From Neoechinorhynchus agilis (Eukaryota; Animalia; Acanthocephala): a stretch of DNA of 64,000 nucleotides. Positions 39,246-52,194 of the stretch are shown piece after piece. Each line of letters begins with the position of its first letter. The stretch's first letter is position 1. Made by a program: the position numbers and the translations under genes. The stretch is from NCBI GenBank assembly GCA_051530055.1, contig CM121342.1, positions 11,547,480-11,611,479 of the forward strand, written 5' to 3'. The notes under the pieces were generated by a model. That model was not told the DNA's origin, ran no database searches, and was given only the letters and a program-made list of their open reading frames with translations.

Positions 39246-39933
39246 GTGAGGGATCGGACTAAAGATTGTAAAAAAATCTAATTGCAATTGAAAGATTCTA
39301 TCAGGGATTGATATACAAAATAATTATTTACTAATATAAAACGTTATGATTGCAGCGTGGTTAGCGACCAGTCCTTGCTGTGTTGCAAACAGAATTATTG
39401 ATTGTGATGTTTAACGGCGGTCAGTTGATACATTCATGGCGGCTTATTAAATTGAAGATGCATTTGTATCGTAATAACAACCAAAAGACACTAATGAATT
39501 TATTATGACATTTCAGTATATTATTAATGATTTCCCGCCGAAGTACAGCATCTAAAAAATCTTATAAGTTCAGATCAAAAGGCAATTCAGGCAGAAAGAT
39601 GAAGACTGAGTGTCGAAATGATCTTGAACTCCATACATCTTTTAATGCTGCCTTAAAGAGTGTATCTGTGAGGTTTGGTTCGGATCAAGACAGGGAATTT
39701 CCTTAAAGATGAATGCAGGTAGGCGAATCTTTTATACAAAAAGGCCATTGTTGCAATCCTCAACGGTGACTATACTTAGCGTGGTGATCTTATGAAGGAA
39801 TTATGTCCATACTTTTAACATTAGAGGAAAAACTCACAAATTGCAACATTCCGAACACGAAAGTGGCGTTCTTATTATTTATTAATCTTTGAAAACCTAC
39901 TTGCAAATTTTACTTTTATTGAAAATACCATTA

Positions 39934-41594
39934 CTATTTTGTTTTCATGTTGCATGTTCGGGCAACTACTGCATCTTGAAACTCAAAGTACGAACATGCC
40001 TGCATCTTTAGTACTTCGTTTCCCCAACTTAAGATTCCTGGATAAAGTGACCTTGCAAACAATTCAACTTGATGTGAATCCGCACCACAATCCCCCATGT
40101 ACGATTTAAACAGCTCGTACAGTGGAGGTTTCGTTGAGTGTTCCATCGAGGGAACCGATGCGAACACCACAGAATCTTTAGGGAAATGCCATTCTTTAGG
40201 TTGCACGCCACGGTAAAGGCCTAATAGGAGTGGCTCGTATGTCCGCCTTGATCCATTGCTCGAACGAACGAACGCATCGCCGTCCTGGGTGACCTTAAGC
40301 CAATAATAAGTTTGAAAATATTGAACGCTCCATTTGGGAAACAACTCTGCTTTAACGAATTCAATGTGGCGATCGCAGTTTGTACACCAACATGCAATCA
40401 TACATCCACTCTCAGATGCGATTTTGGAAATCGGAATAGCTAATAAATCTTCGTTGTTAAGCCACTTGTATAATTTGTGGCGGCGAAGACTCTTATTGCT
40501 CCACGGAGGATCCATCACAACCAAACGAGTTGTTCCTTCATATGGTGAGTTCTCAAAAATTTCGTTCAACAGCTTTAAATCGGAGAAAACGAATGAACTG
40601 CCATACGGCAATACAATTTTCCCAAAATTACTATCGCATATCAAAGCAACGCAATCAATTTCCACGCTGTATGCGCACTGATTTTCATACGAAAATGTAT
40701 ATTAAAATAAATGAGTTCAAAACATTTAAAAAACGAACGCGTAAACGAGCAACCACGCGGACGAGCGTATTTGTGACGACACAATCAACGCCTAGGAAAA
40801 TCCATGAACACCAACGGAATGTACAGACAAACACGAGCAAACAAACGCGAAACCGTGCACTTGCGCGTGTTGGTATCAAAAGAAACTACAGGCTGACGAA
40901 TACATGAACGTCAACGGTGGTATTCGACCAATAGAATGCATACAACAAAAAACGACTATAGAAACGAACTACTATGCTCACGCGCGTGACGCACCTTCAA
41001 ATTTCGGAACGCCAACAGAGTTTTGACCCCAAAGCATTGTAAACGACAAACCCAAATATAGAAACGCAAATACGTGCACATGAGGATGATAGAAGGGCGC
41101 GAACGCGTTGAAGCCAACTGATTCAAAACGAGCAAGCACAATAGATAAAGGCACTAGTTAAAATCAGTGCTCCGAAAATTCTAGATTATGTTTGGAAGTA
41201 GGCGTACATTTGCTGCACATATTAGCGGTGGCTTAAGTGATCGTAACTTCGTTGAAATGGGAATATAGTCAATAAATTCTTTTGTCAGTTGAGGCATTTT
41301 ATCAAGGTCTACTGATCGTTCGTCACAATAAATAACTTGATCAATTGTTGTTACCATGGTTGGCGCTACTTCATCGTGTTTTCTTGCTTTTACAAGACGA
41401 AGGGCTTGTTTAACGGATTCTATGCTTTCGTCGGAGACTGAGGCATCCTTTTTGATCACGGAATTGTATATAAAAAGACGTTGAGTATAGTTGCATTGCC
41501 TGAACGTAATTTTTTCCAATGGATAAAGAACTGATGAGTATATAGGAGCGTAGATCGATCGACAGTCGAGATAAGAGAAAGTGCTTTCTGACAT
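39934..41594 (-). CDS. METTL4: MT-A70-family N6-adenine methyltransferase (METTL4/DAMT-1-like), two exons (41594-41208, 40677-39934), ~376 aa
   Basis: Catalytic VVMDPPWSNKS, WCTN, YYWLKVT, YEPLLLG, SVPSMEHSTKPPL, VELFARSLYPGILSWGNEVLK. A phase-0 GT-AG intron at 41207-40678 joins the upstream ORF. Confidence 0.9.
40730..41140 (-). repeat. Diverged satellite-B monomers (about 3-4) inside the METTL4 intron
   Basis: The reverse complement reads ccgttgacgttcatgtattcgtcagcc...acgcgcaagtgcacggtttcgcgtttgtttgctcgtg, matching the satellite B monomer. Confidence 0.8.
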
Positions 41595-42207
41595 CTAAAA
41601 TGATGAGGTATTGGATTAATCTCGAAATGAAAATTAGTTGTAGTGCGAACTGGTCATAGCATCGTCACACATTGTTAAATCGGTTATAACGGAAAAATCT
41701 GTTTTGTTAAAGCTAATATTTGAATCGGTCCAATAAGTTTATGAAGTTCTGCCAATAGCCTAGAAAAGTTATTGACCGAGTTACAATATAACCGTTTAAC
41801 GCCCAATAAATATTATTATTTTTTAGGTAGCGACTAGAACTTTGAGATCAACGAAAATGTTTTCAGCTTCCAGTGAAGATGATCCGGATTAGAAATCATT
41901 TTATTGTACTGAAATATTTCGAAAGAGGAAATCTCGCCTTCTCAATCATCAAAAAAGGTTTTTGGTTATTGCCATTCCTATGTTTTATCTAATAGGCTCG
42001 GGTTGACAGGTTCGCTACTTCCCACAAGGTTCGGGCCGCGTGCCCGCTCGTAAACCCTGCACTGTATCGTGTGTTCTATTGATTTTAACTACATCACGAG
42101 CAGGTAGTTTTAAGCTGAAATTCGCCTTATTGCCTTCTATTGTATTGGCCGCAGAAAGTACCTTCCGGGATTTGGCTCCTTCTCTATAAATTCAGTGTCA
42201 TCAAAAT

Positions 42208-42590
42208 CTATGCGATGTTGCAGTTTCCTAGTGGTTTAAACCGCAAATGCGTGATCGAACCGTCGACAGGCTTGTTTATGCTGGGTGACTCTTCTAGGAA
42301 TGCCTTGCATTGTTTGGCCGGTGTACACCTTGTCACATTGAGTGCACTGTACTTTATACACCCGCAAGTCGCTTTATTGTGCACCTTCCTCTTGAACGTG
42401 TTAGCGAAGGTGATGCCTATCTGATTGTACACTCGAGCTCCAACCTCAGTCCTCACAATCGAATCGATCATTTGCTTTGTTGCATTACTAACAAATTCCA
42501 CTCTTTCGAATTTCACGTATTCTGGGAGCGGTTTTTGTTTTGTGTTCGGCGATTTCTCCTCAACGGGATTATCTTCAACACAAGTAAAAA
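42208..42590 (-). CDS. Unidentified ~125-codon open frame with a Cys cluster (exon of an unknown gene or transposase relic)
   Basis: Open frame ...NKATCGCIKYSALNVTRCTPAKQCKAFLEES...; no confident family assignment. Confidence 0.2.
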
Positions 42591-42659
42591 TTTACCATCC
42601 CAATGTATTTTCTCGATATGATTGAAAATATTTTACTTTGAGTTTCGATGACTGGCGAT

Positions 42660-43560
42660 ACAAATCTAAAACGTTTTGTTGTCATTGAGTGTATCAAATC
42701 TTTTTCCGAAAAATGGACATCCGATATCCACCGAATCATTCCGTCCAATATCCATTCTACCCGCACCTTCAAAAATCATCGAAAAATGTTCTAAATCTCG
42801 TCTTCGTTCACTTCTCAACGACAAATTATCGCCCCTGAAATTCGGCTTCCGGCCCAAACTTTCTGCAACGGATACCCTACTCTGCATTTATGACACGCTC
42901 GTACTTAACCTCGACACAAAATCATTCGACTCCATTCGGTTGGCTCGCATCTTGTTTTCAGAATCGCAAATAATATTTTCATTGCCCGGCTACCTCCTCG
43001 ATGATCAGCCTATCCCTCACCAAAGCCGTCCCTCAAGTTGCCGTCGTGTCACAATATTTAATTAAATCTTGCTCGTATCACCATAACCATTTCTTATATG
43101 CCGACTATATCACCCTCGTCACTCAATCACCATCCTACTTCTCTTTCTCCTTAGCCTCTAACGAAATCGCACACGTGAAAGATTTCTGCAACAATCATAA
43201 ATACCACATGAACTTCCCTAATTGCTTCGAAATCACACCCCATTCTCCCACAACCCCACTTCCTACCCCGACCTTCCAAATGCAATACAACGAGTCACCT
43301 CCCTCAAAATTCTGGGTTTCCAATTTCAAACAAATCTCAAATGGGGCTCGCACATTACACTTTCCCACAAATGCAATACCTTTAAAATTTACTTCCTAAA
43401 ATGCTGCCGTTTAGGGATCCCTTCGCCCGATCTCTTCAAATTTTACCGCAGCTTTATTTTACCTCCCTTCACCTGCGGCTTTCTTGTCGTTTGCAATCTT
43501 TCTTAATGAAAAATCCGTCGCCTTGAAACGTCTCATAGAGAGCCCTCTAAATTTTGCACA
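42660..43560 (+). mobile_element. Decayed LINE RT fragment (L2/CR1-like)
   Basis: FRPISILPAPSKIIEK, LSPLKFGFRPKLSATDTLL, FLYADYITLV, LKILGFQFQTNLKWGSHI, FKFYRSFILP; multiple frameshifts. Confidence 0.8.
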
Positions 43561-43899
43561 GCAAATTTTTCCCTATTCACCGAATGCGTTAATAAAATTT
43601 TCATAATACAATCAAAACGCTTATTAACCCTACATCCACAATTTTTACCAAATGTTCCCTTTTCACATGAGCACAACACTCTTAGGTATATTTACTAATC
43701 AAAGAAAATATTGTCTAGGTTCAATTTTTGAAAACCGTTTCGTCCACGTTAAAGCACTCCAGCTGTACACCTTTAAAAGTTAATCTTTGAAGATCTTGAA
43801 CTGCAAATAAAAAATTATGAAATATTTAAATGTCGATATGTGAGATACCGGGGTATATGATAGTAAGTTACTGTTTCTTGGGCCTTCAGAATCTCGGCG

Positions 43900-44110
43900 C
43901 AGAAATCATTCACACCGCTCTGGATCACTCAGCTGTCGTTCTGGTGTAACGGTCGAAAGGACGGATGCAGCGTTCCCCCGTTGCACAGTCAGACCTATGT
44001 TTTGTAGGAGGAACGCTTTTGATCTCGGATCGCAAGTGATTCGTCTCAATCTCTTGTTGTATGTATGCAACGGTACTTTCCTACGTTGCACCGTAGGTAT
44101 AAGCCCGTCT
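43900..44110 (-). mobile_element. CRE-clade retrotransposon 3'-end fragment
   Basis: NKRLRRITCDPRSKAFLLQNIGLTVQRGNAASVLSTVTPERQLSDPERCE*, the characteristic RLE C-terminal QRGNAA motif. Confidence 0.88.
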
Positions 44111-44149
44111 AATAGAATTAGACTCCGCAAGGGATCTAAAATACACGAG

Positions 44150-47100
44150 AGCAGTCCTGTTATGCGGGCAATTCGAGTCTCTTAAAATCAGGTCATCGTA
44201 TGTACGACAGTTCCCTTTGCCTTTACGATACAATGTCGTTGGCTTCTAGAAAAGGAACTGTTGCACGACCTGTGGACACGATGCCTCGGACCGAATTATA
44301 TTGCCCGTGAACTGCAGTCATCTGCGGCGCAAATATTCACTGGGCGGTTGGACTCCGGCTCTCTTATACAGTGCTTTGTTGGTCACTTTATCTGACCATC
44401 TGACCTTGAACGCCGCACGTAAGAGAGATGAATGATTTTGGTCCAACTGCCTCGTCGCCGTTGGTGACAGTGTCCAGGTCTCTGCATTGTAGTAGAGAAT
44501 GCTCTCAATTAGAGCTCTGAACAGCTGCGAACGGAGTTCATCTGCCAAAGACTCACTGTCAAACAGTGGTTTAAGTTGCCCCATTGCTCTCCAAGCTATA
44601 GCTCTCCGCCGGCTGACATCCGCACTCACCTCAGGAACGACAGCTCCCAGATAGACATACCGCTCTATATGTTTTAATTGCTCAACACCATTCGGCCCTT
44701 CGCCAGAGACTGTATGCGCGGCATGCGGAATCGTCAAGAATTCCGTCTTTTTCGAGTTGATGGTCAGACCAATAATACTCGCCCTCTCGCACAGTCTATT
44801 TAGAATGCGTTGAACTCCTTCGACTGTTGAGGACATCAATACGATGTCGTCGGCATATGCCATGTAGGAGGCGCGTATCTCATGATACCTGCAACCTCTT
44901 TTCCTCAATAGAAGAAATCCATCTTCATCATTCGGTAGTGCCCATCTCATTACTCAATCAAGCACCAAGATGAAGAGGAAAGGAGCCAATGTGTCGCCCT
45001 GCAGAACATCGTCAGCTGTTTTTACGGCGGACCTTGTGTTTTTATATAATGCCATAACGGATTTGACAACCATAGGCGGCACTCCATACGCCTTTAAGAT
45101 ACCGCCAATCATCGTTCGATTTACCGAATCGAAAGCTCGACGGAAATCAATAAATACCAGCGTCACATCCGTTTGATGAATTCGTGCCTCCTCGAGGATC
45201 CTCCTCAGATCCAATATGTGCTCTGTGGTGCCTCGACCTTTCCTGAAGCTGTTCTATTCAATTCTTAAAAACGGTTCGAAGATTGGCTGAATTCGGCGTC
45301 TCAAAATGCTGCTGAAAAGTTTTGCCGTGTTGGACATCAAGGATATACCTCTCTAGTCCTCCACCTTTGTCGAGGACCACTTCTTGGGGATCATTGTTAA
45401 ATGCGCCGTATGCCAGATTTGAGGTACTGAGCCATCATTCATTATGCCATTCATTATCGGTATGATTTTTCTGGCAATAGATTCAAACCTCAGTACCTTT
45501 GCCATTATCCAATCAGGGCCTGATGCACGTCCCGCACGCATCATTTTCGCCGCAGCGATCGCTTCCTTCACGGAAATCGGTCCAGTGAAGTATGCCTCAG
45601 TGTTAGGGATGATTGTGCCTTTTGGAAGTGCAGGACTAACTTCCCAAGACGATAATGGCGAATTGAGAATTTCGGCAAAATAATTTGCGATTCTCTTTTT
45701 TCTCATTTTTTGCTGTCTTTGGGATCTTCCTGTGAGAGTGTTTATCGCTCTCCATGCTAAGGAGGTACGAACAAAACCTTCCTTTTATGCGATCCCGCGA
45801 ACTGCATCCTCTATCGAAGCCTTTTGCTTTTCATTATAGAGGTTGGCAAGTTCAAGACTTGCAATGCGAGCCTCAGATCGTTTTCCTCTTTTTCTTAGAG
45901 CTTTGGTCTGCACAGCCATTGCAAAAAATTCACAGTCCTCCTGCCATATAACCTTTGCAGCTTTTATACGCCTCATTTTTGGGAGGGTTTTCTCGGCCGC
46001 TTCGATCACTGCGTCGCAGATTGACTTGTAATAAAAATCAATATCCGTTTCAGCAGATGGCATCGAGCTCAGTTGATTCTCTAGTTCGATATGGAACTCT
46101 TTCCCCTTCTCCTCATTAGCGGGGGTGCCATAGAACGGACGTGGAGGATGCTGAGGCGTAACGAACAACGAGTCACTCATGCTCAACTGACACATCACCA
46201 ACTTGTGGTCGGTTGGCAGCCCATCAACTGTGAATGTGTCAGCGTTTTTGACCCGACATTTTTCCCCACGTCTCAACAATATATCGTCAAGCTGAGCTAA
46301 GCGTCTCTTGGGATTTTTTCCCATGGCATGTTTGGACGGATTCTTTTGACCCATAAACGTCGCCAAACGCCATGGACGCTTCCGGAATAAAGTGTTAGCA
46401 GACACGAGATCATGCCGCTCCAGCGCCCAAACCAAGTACAGGCTGTTCCGATTCTCGCCTTTCAACACATATAGCGATCTTTCGGAATGCGGTAAAATCG
46501 CGTTGAAGTCACCGGCTATTAGAAGGGTGTCTCTGTTCGGTACATCATCTAATGCTTCGGCTAGATTTCCATAAAATCTTCAACCGCCTCTTCATCCGAC
46601 GAGGAGGTCGGTGAATATACGCCAAAAGCATAGAGATTTCTCGACCGAAGCTTTATGCTGACACGAAGGATTCGGTCAGTTATAATACTGCGTAGTGCTG
46701 AGTTTCGGAGGCGGGTTGATAAACAAACGCCTACACCTCCATTTCCTCGACTGTCCGCAGATAGGTAACATAATGACCAGCCTCCTCCTAAATCCTCCTG
46801 ATTTACGTCTGTGTCTGACTGGCCTCTTATGCGCAATTCTTTTAAAAACACAAGATCCATTCTGGCGTCCCTTGCCAAAATGGCCAGGGTTCCCCTACGT
46901 TATTGCGCTCCCAGACTCCTACAATTCAAGGATCCGATTCGTAGTCCTCTTCTATCTGAAATAGCTGGGCCAAAGGGCTCACGGCTGTCAGCACCACCTG
47001 AACAGTCCGTACCCATCACGGTGATGAGCTTCGTCTGACGCTTTCGTTGCCTCCGGCGACAGTTTCGCTCATTTCGACGCTCAAGTCGTCGGCGAGAGCT

Positions 47101-47172
47101 ACGAAGCCCTCGCTTTTTCCCTTTGCACTGGTGGATTTTGTTGCTCCCGTTCGCTGCCGTTTTTCGTCCCAT
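44150..47172 (-). mobile_element. Near full-length but inactivated RTE-like LINE (APE endonuclease plus RT)
   Basis: LRIGSLNCRSL, GNGGVGVCLS, FGVYSPT (APE); VFIDFRRAFDSVNR, LQGDTLAPFLFILVLD, YMAYADDIVLM, LTINSKKTE, YYNAETWTL...VRWSDKVTN (RT). Many stops, frameshifts and internal deletions. Confidence 0.9.
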
Positions 47173-47988
47173 GGTGAGCGTTGTATTCTATTTTAAGGTT
47201 TTATTGGCAAGCCGGTTTTTTCATATCATTAAATTTAGCTCGTCTCTTATCCTCGGATCTGTTTTTTAGGCTCTTAAAACGGTCACAAAATATCCCAACA
47301 CTTCGTGACAAAAAATCAGTTACGCAATCAAGTATTCGTGATGATTCTTTCGTGTCTTCACGAGTGAATCGTTTTAATCGGATTAGTGAGCTTTTCAGCT
47401 TTCGTTGTATTCAGGCCTTCTAATTGCGCTTTTTCATGCTCTAGAGCGCGTTTTTCTTGAAAGGTTATCGTCGACCAAAGATGGTGATAATCTGGATGCA
47501 TAACTTTGACTTTCACGCAAGAGTGCACTTTGCACCAATCAGGTTAGGGCTTTCAAAGCCCTTCCTGAAACCTACCCTCCTCCTTTATCAGACGGGCTTG
47601 GGACCGTCCTTGGTGGAGTTCAGGGTTTTCAATGCAACTGTTTTAACTTCTTAAAAAATCCGTCACATAAAAACTTTCGACGTGGCAATTTCCTCGATTT
47701 TGTCCTTAGGGGTTAGAGTTTTGCTATATTTTTCATTAGATTATGTCTTAATTCATTTTCTTTAATCGTCTATTCGTAAAGGTCAAGGATAGGTAATGTT
47801 GCGAACTCGATAAAATCAATTTGAAGATAATATTAATTAACGGCCCTGCGATCACAGTTTATTGTAACATTTATTAATTGACTCTTCATCGCCCTGTAGT
47901 ATGTCCGCCATTCTACCAACGTTCATCTAGGCATACCCATCCTTTCGCAATTTTTGTTCTTATCTATTCAAAAACTAACTGAGTCGGG

Positions 47989-48230
47989 TTAAGCTGCGTC
48001 CCTACTTTCTCCGCGGTCCTTTAAAATTTTTGCTGTTAAGCGGCGCAGAGTTGTTCCAATTGCAATGGGACGAATCTCACCCTCTTTTCGCGCGAGGGCA
48101 CGCAAAGATGCGCCGAAAAATAGCTCAATTGCTTTCGCAATCAACTTTCCCCCTGCAAATTGGTAGATTAAGCGTGCCAATGCATCTTCAAGAGACGGTA
48201 GCATCACCCACTGAAACCCTCCCTGAACAT
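47989..48230 (-). mobile_element. CRE-clade RT N-terminal fragment
   Basis: FFGASLRALARKEGEIRPIAIGTTLRRLTAKIL. Confidence 0.8.
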
Positions 48231-48590
48231 TATTAGAATATCTAAGCACTTAATACGGCTTAATGAGGACTATAGAGACAATCTTCTGTGTCCTTGAAGC
48301 TTTATTTGGCATCAGGATCCCTTCCAGAACATTATTTGAGCCTTTAGGCACCTTATACAGCTCAATGAGCTCGGTAGGATACTCCTCTGTGTCCTTAGGC
48401 CTTTATTTAGAATCAGAAACCCTCCCTTAAAATTATTTAAGCCCCGGGCACTTAATACGGTGTATGAGAACTATAGAAGCAATCTCCGATGTCCTTAGGC
48501 CTCTATGTCGCATGAGGAACTACTATTAAACATTATTTAATCCTCTATGCACTTATTACGGCTCAATGAGCACTCTGACAATCTCCGAAA
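48212..48590. repeat. Degenerate ~101-bp minisatellite, about 4 units
   Basis: gcac(t/c)t(a/t)(a/t)tac(g/a)g recurs near 48246, 48348, 48448 and 48549, with tgtcctt and attattt at the same period. Confidence 0.75.
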
Positions 48591-48947
48591 AGTTCCTCAT
48601 GAATACATTGAATAAATCTCATTCCGCCTCACAAAATCTTTTTATTCGCAACAAAATCGTTACGTTTGTGAGTAGCCATTTTTATCCCCACCGCCAAATT
48701 TTCCAATATATTGTCCACTTTCGTCAAACAATTGGATGCGGTAATTCTTTGTGTCTGTCACAGCGATTTTACTTTCTTGATTGACGGTAACGTCGTAAGG
48801 GTCAGAGAATTGTCCATATCTAAGTCCACGACTACGAGAGGTCCGCCGATAATTGAAAGCGTCGTAATTCCTTAATTGTCACTATTCCTGGCTTAAATCT
48901 GCGCTTCTTGCGCCTCTTAGTCTTCTTGACGTCTTTGGAAGGCAACA

Positions 48948-51173
48948 CAGTCTATTCCGCTTAATTGGGACACATCGGGACCGAGGCTTTTTGTCCCAAT
49001 TAAGCGGCTGTCCCGATTAAGCGAAGTTCACTTTTAAAGAAATTAATTTGATTGGTTTTGGGAACAAGGTCATTAACCAGTAACACACAAAATTAAACAA
49101 TGCATATTTTTCAATAATTTTATTTTATAAACTCTTGAAAACTTTATATATAGGTACATTATGAATATGTATGTATTATAAATCTAAAAAAATCCTTAAT
49201 AAAATATTTAATTGGTAGATACATACTAATTCAATGGAAAAATGAGTCAAGTGTAGTTTGTCTTTTGTTTTTGTGACAGTTGGCTTCTACAAAATTAGCA
49301 CAGATGTTTTCCTTCATTTCCTTCCTGCATAAAATAACGTCGTAACACGGCCATACACTTTTTTGCCTCCTGGTTAGTCACTGGCACAGGTGATTCATCA
49401 TAATCGTCTTCATCTTCGTCTAATTTTTCATGTTTAGATTTAATACTTTCTACAATTGAATCCTCACAGTCTTCATTTTCATCGTAGCATGGTAAATTGT
49501 TATCTATAGCTAAAAATTCTTGAGTTAATAACAGGAACTGGTAACATATCCTCATTTTCTTCATTGTTAAAAATTTCTAAAATATCCAAAGGTTTAAAGC
49601 CGCAATTAGCAAAACAGTTCTGTATATTGGTGGCTTTTATAGCTCGTCAACTGTCAGCGACAAACTGTATTGCTTGCAAAAGGTTAATTTGGGAACTAAT
49701 CTCTCTGGCTGTTGTGGAACATGTTAATAGGTTTTCATCAATGGATTCTAATATGAAATTAACCAATTTTCCACGATAGAAAGCCTTCAAATTTTTGATT
49801 ACACCCATGTCCATTGGTTGCACTAAGCAGGTGGTGTTAGGAGGAAGAAATTCCGGATATATATTTCGTAGATTGTCTAAATGAGGGTGTGCGGCACAAT
49901 TGTCAACAATCAGCAGAATTTTTCTTTGTTTAAGTTGTAAATTTTTGTCCCAACTGAACAGCCAATTTCGAAAAATATCAGAAGTCATCCACGCATTTTT
50001 GTTTGCATAGTACTCCACTGGTAATCCCTCCACTCTTAACCCCTTAAAGCATCGAGGTCTGGCACTTTTTTGTCAGTACCTGACATATTTGCGCAGCATA
50101 ACACAGTAATGCGGTCCATCGCCTTTTTATAACCAGACAGTGCAATATGTTTATAGCATAAGGAACCGTCTGGCGTAGCACGGTAATAGAGGCCGGTTTC
50201 ATCAGCATTGTAAATGTCATCAGCACAAAAATTCTCTAAAAAGGTAGGAATTTTTGTAATCTTCCACTGTTCCAAACTTTCTTTGTCGGCACTGGTCTTT
50301 TCACCGTGCGCTTTTTTAAATTTAATATCGTGCCTTGCTTTCCATCGCGATAACCAACCATCAGTTGCTTTGAAATCGTTGCGGCCCAGTTTTTTAGCGA
50401 ACTCCTCTGACTTCGCCTTCAATATTGGACCGTTCATATTTACGCCTCTGCCACTAACAATAGAAAACCATTGATCCAGTGCTTCTTCAACGTCTGGATC
50501 CTTCCCCTCACGTTTTCTTTTGGATGTCCCTGCCTGTCCTTCTTGTAATTCGAATTCCTTACGCAGTTGACTTTCTTGTCGTAAGACACGCGATATAGTA
50601 GATTTTGGTACACCAGTTATCTCAGCGAGCCGACGATAACTTGTATTAAGCGGCTGGCTTTTTATTTTATCAAGCAAGGCAATTGTATTGGTAAGTGACA
50701 AATCGTTCCTTGGCACTTTAGAAATAGTACATTTTTTTAAAAATACAATTGACAAAAAATAGCTTCACGCGTTGTTCACGCGGGAGGTGATTGGTAATCG
50801 AATGTCCGCTGCACCGGCTCGGATGTAAAAGATTGCAAATGTGGATATGAGGCCGCCACGGCTTTATAAAACGCGGGAGTCGGGTTCAGAAAGAAGCCGT
50901 CTTTCTGGCTTTCCCGGGATTTAGGAGGGGGTTGTGTTTGTTTTTCCGCTGCAGCGGCTCGGTTAAACCAAAACTCAGTAAAAACAAAATCAGCTAATAG
51001 ATACTCTACTGTACTAAAATCTTAAATTTACTGTCCCAATTAAGCGGAATGTTGTCCCAATTAAATATACAAATTTACTATTGGTTTCTTGGTTTGGTTT
51101 CCGTTCTTTGAGATTTGTTCCAAATAAGCGGCTCTCGCGATTAAGTGGTGTCCCAATTAAGCGGAATCCACTG
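48948..51173 (-). mobile_element. Tigger/pogo DNA transposon (~2.2 kb), transposase disrupted
   Basis: TIRs cagtctattccgcttaattgggaca (48948) and tgtcccaattaagcggaatccactg (ending 51173, followed by TA); subterminal tcccaattaagcgg repeats; CENP-B HTH, IYNADETGLYYR, NKNAWMTSDIF, ILLIVDNCAAH, FLPPNTTCLVQPMDMGVI. Frameshifting deletion near 50060 and stops. Confidence 0.93.
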
Positions 51174-52194
51174 TACTATAATTTAAAATGGATTCCCCTC
51201 CCACTTGGAAACACATAGAAGAATACCTAGACGAATTCTCCAGTAAGAGGCGGCAAAAAAGACGACGATTCTGCATTCCAAGTTGATTGATGTCATCTCA
51301 CTGATGGTTTATTAAAGATGAAGATCACCCAAGCCGATGAAGGTATTGGATATTGATAAAAGCGTCCATATTTTTCTTTGTGTGCTTGGAGTATTTACGA
51401 TTTAAAGGGACATAAGATTATTCAAAATCAGCGAGCACGTCGCCTAACTTTTCAAAATTATGCAAATTTAAAAGCGTTCAAATAACTTCCAAACCTTCGA
51501 TAGTAATAACATTTATTTTCCACCTTATTGAAGGATTGACTGTAAGAAATTATTATTTATCTCCGAAATTCCGCTTGGCCGATTTTTATAGAGGTAAAAT
51601 CAGTACCATCATTTAATCTACATTTGCATTTTATTTGCTAAGATCCGTTTGTCGTATCAGTTTATGGCATTTTTACCTCAATTTCTCAACCTCACTTAAA
51701 AAATGTTTTTAGAGTCAAAATAAAATTTTAGTCAATTTAATTATCTTGCCCACCTTGTTACGAAACTCAAACGAACGCTCTGATGGATAAATTCATGAGG
51801 ATAAGTTAACCAATTGTTTATAGCCTAAAAAGTAGTATCATTTTATATTATTTATAAGAAATGTTCTTACAAAGGTGTAAATAAACACCGAAAAGCTGTA
51901 ATGCAAAGAGATGGGAAACTTTACAATTACGTTTTTGAAAGATTTTCTGATACTTATGCCTTGTCATATTTGTGATTCCGCATTTGCACGGTCATTCGGC
52001 TCGAAACAATAAAAACATTACAATATACAATTTTTGCTAATGTCTTTAACTGAAATTTGTAACGTGACTTTATGCAATATGAAATTTTAATCCGAAAAAG
52101 ATTGCGACAAAATAAAGAGTATTCTAAACGTGTTAAGATTTGTAAATTATAAGGAATTATCTCTGTTAGCGTTTGAGATATCGACAATAGCATT

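Noticed and set aside
39934-41594. Functional link between METTL4 (U2 snRNA/adenine methylation) and the unusual introns
   Set aside because: Only proximity supports it; METTL4 is a widespread housekeeping gene.
42208-42516. P-element/THAP9 transposase relic
   Set aside because: There is only a loose resemblance in Cys spacing, with no catalytic motifs or TIRs found; kept as an unidentified ORF.
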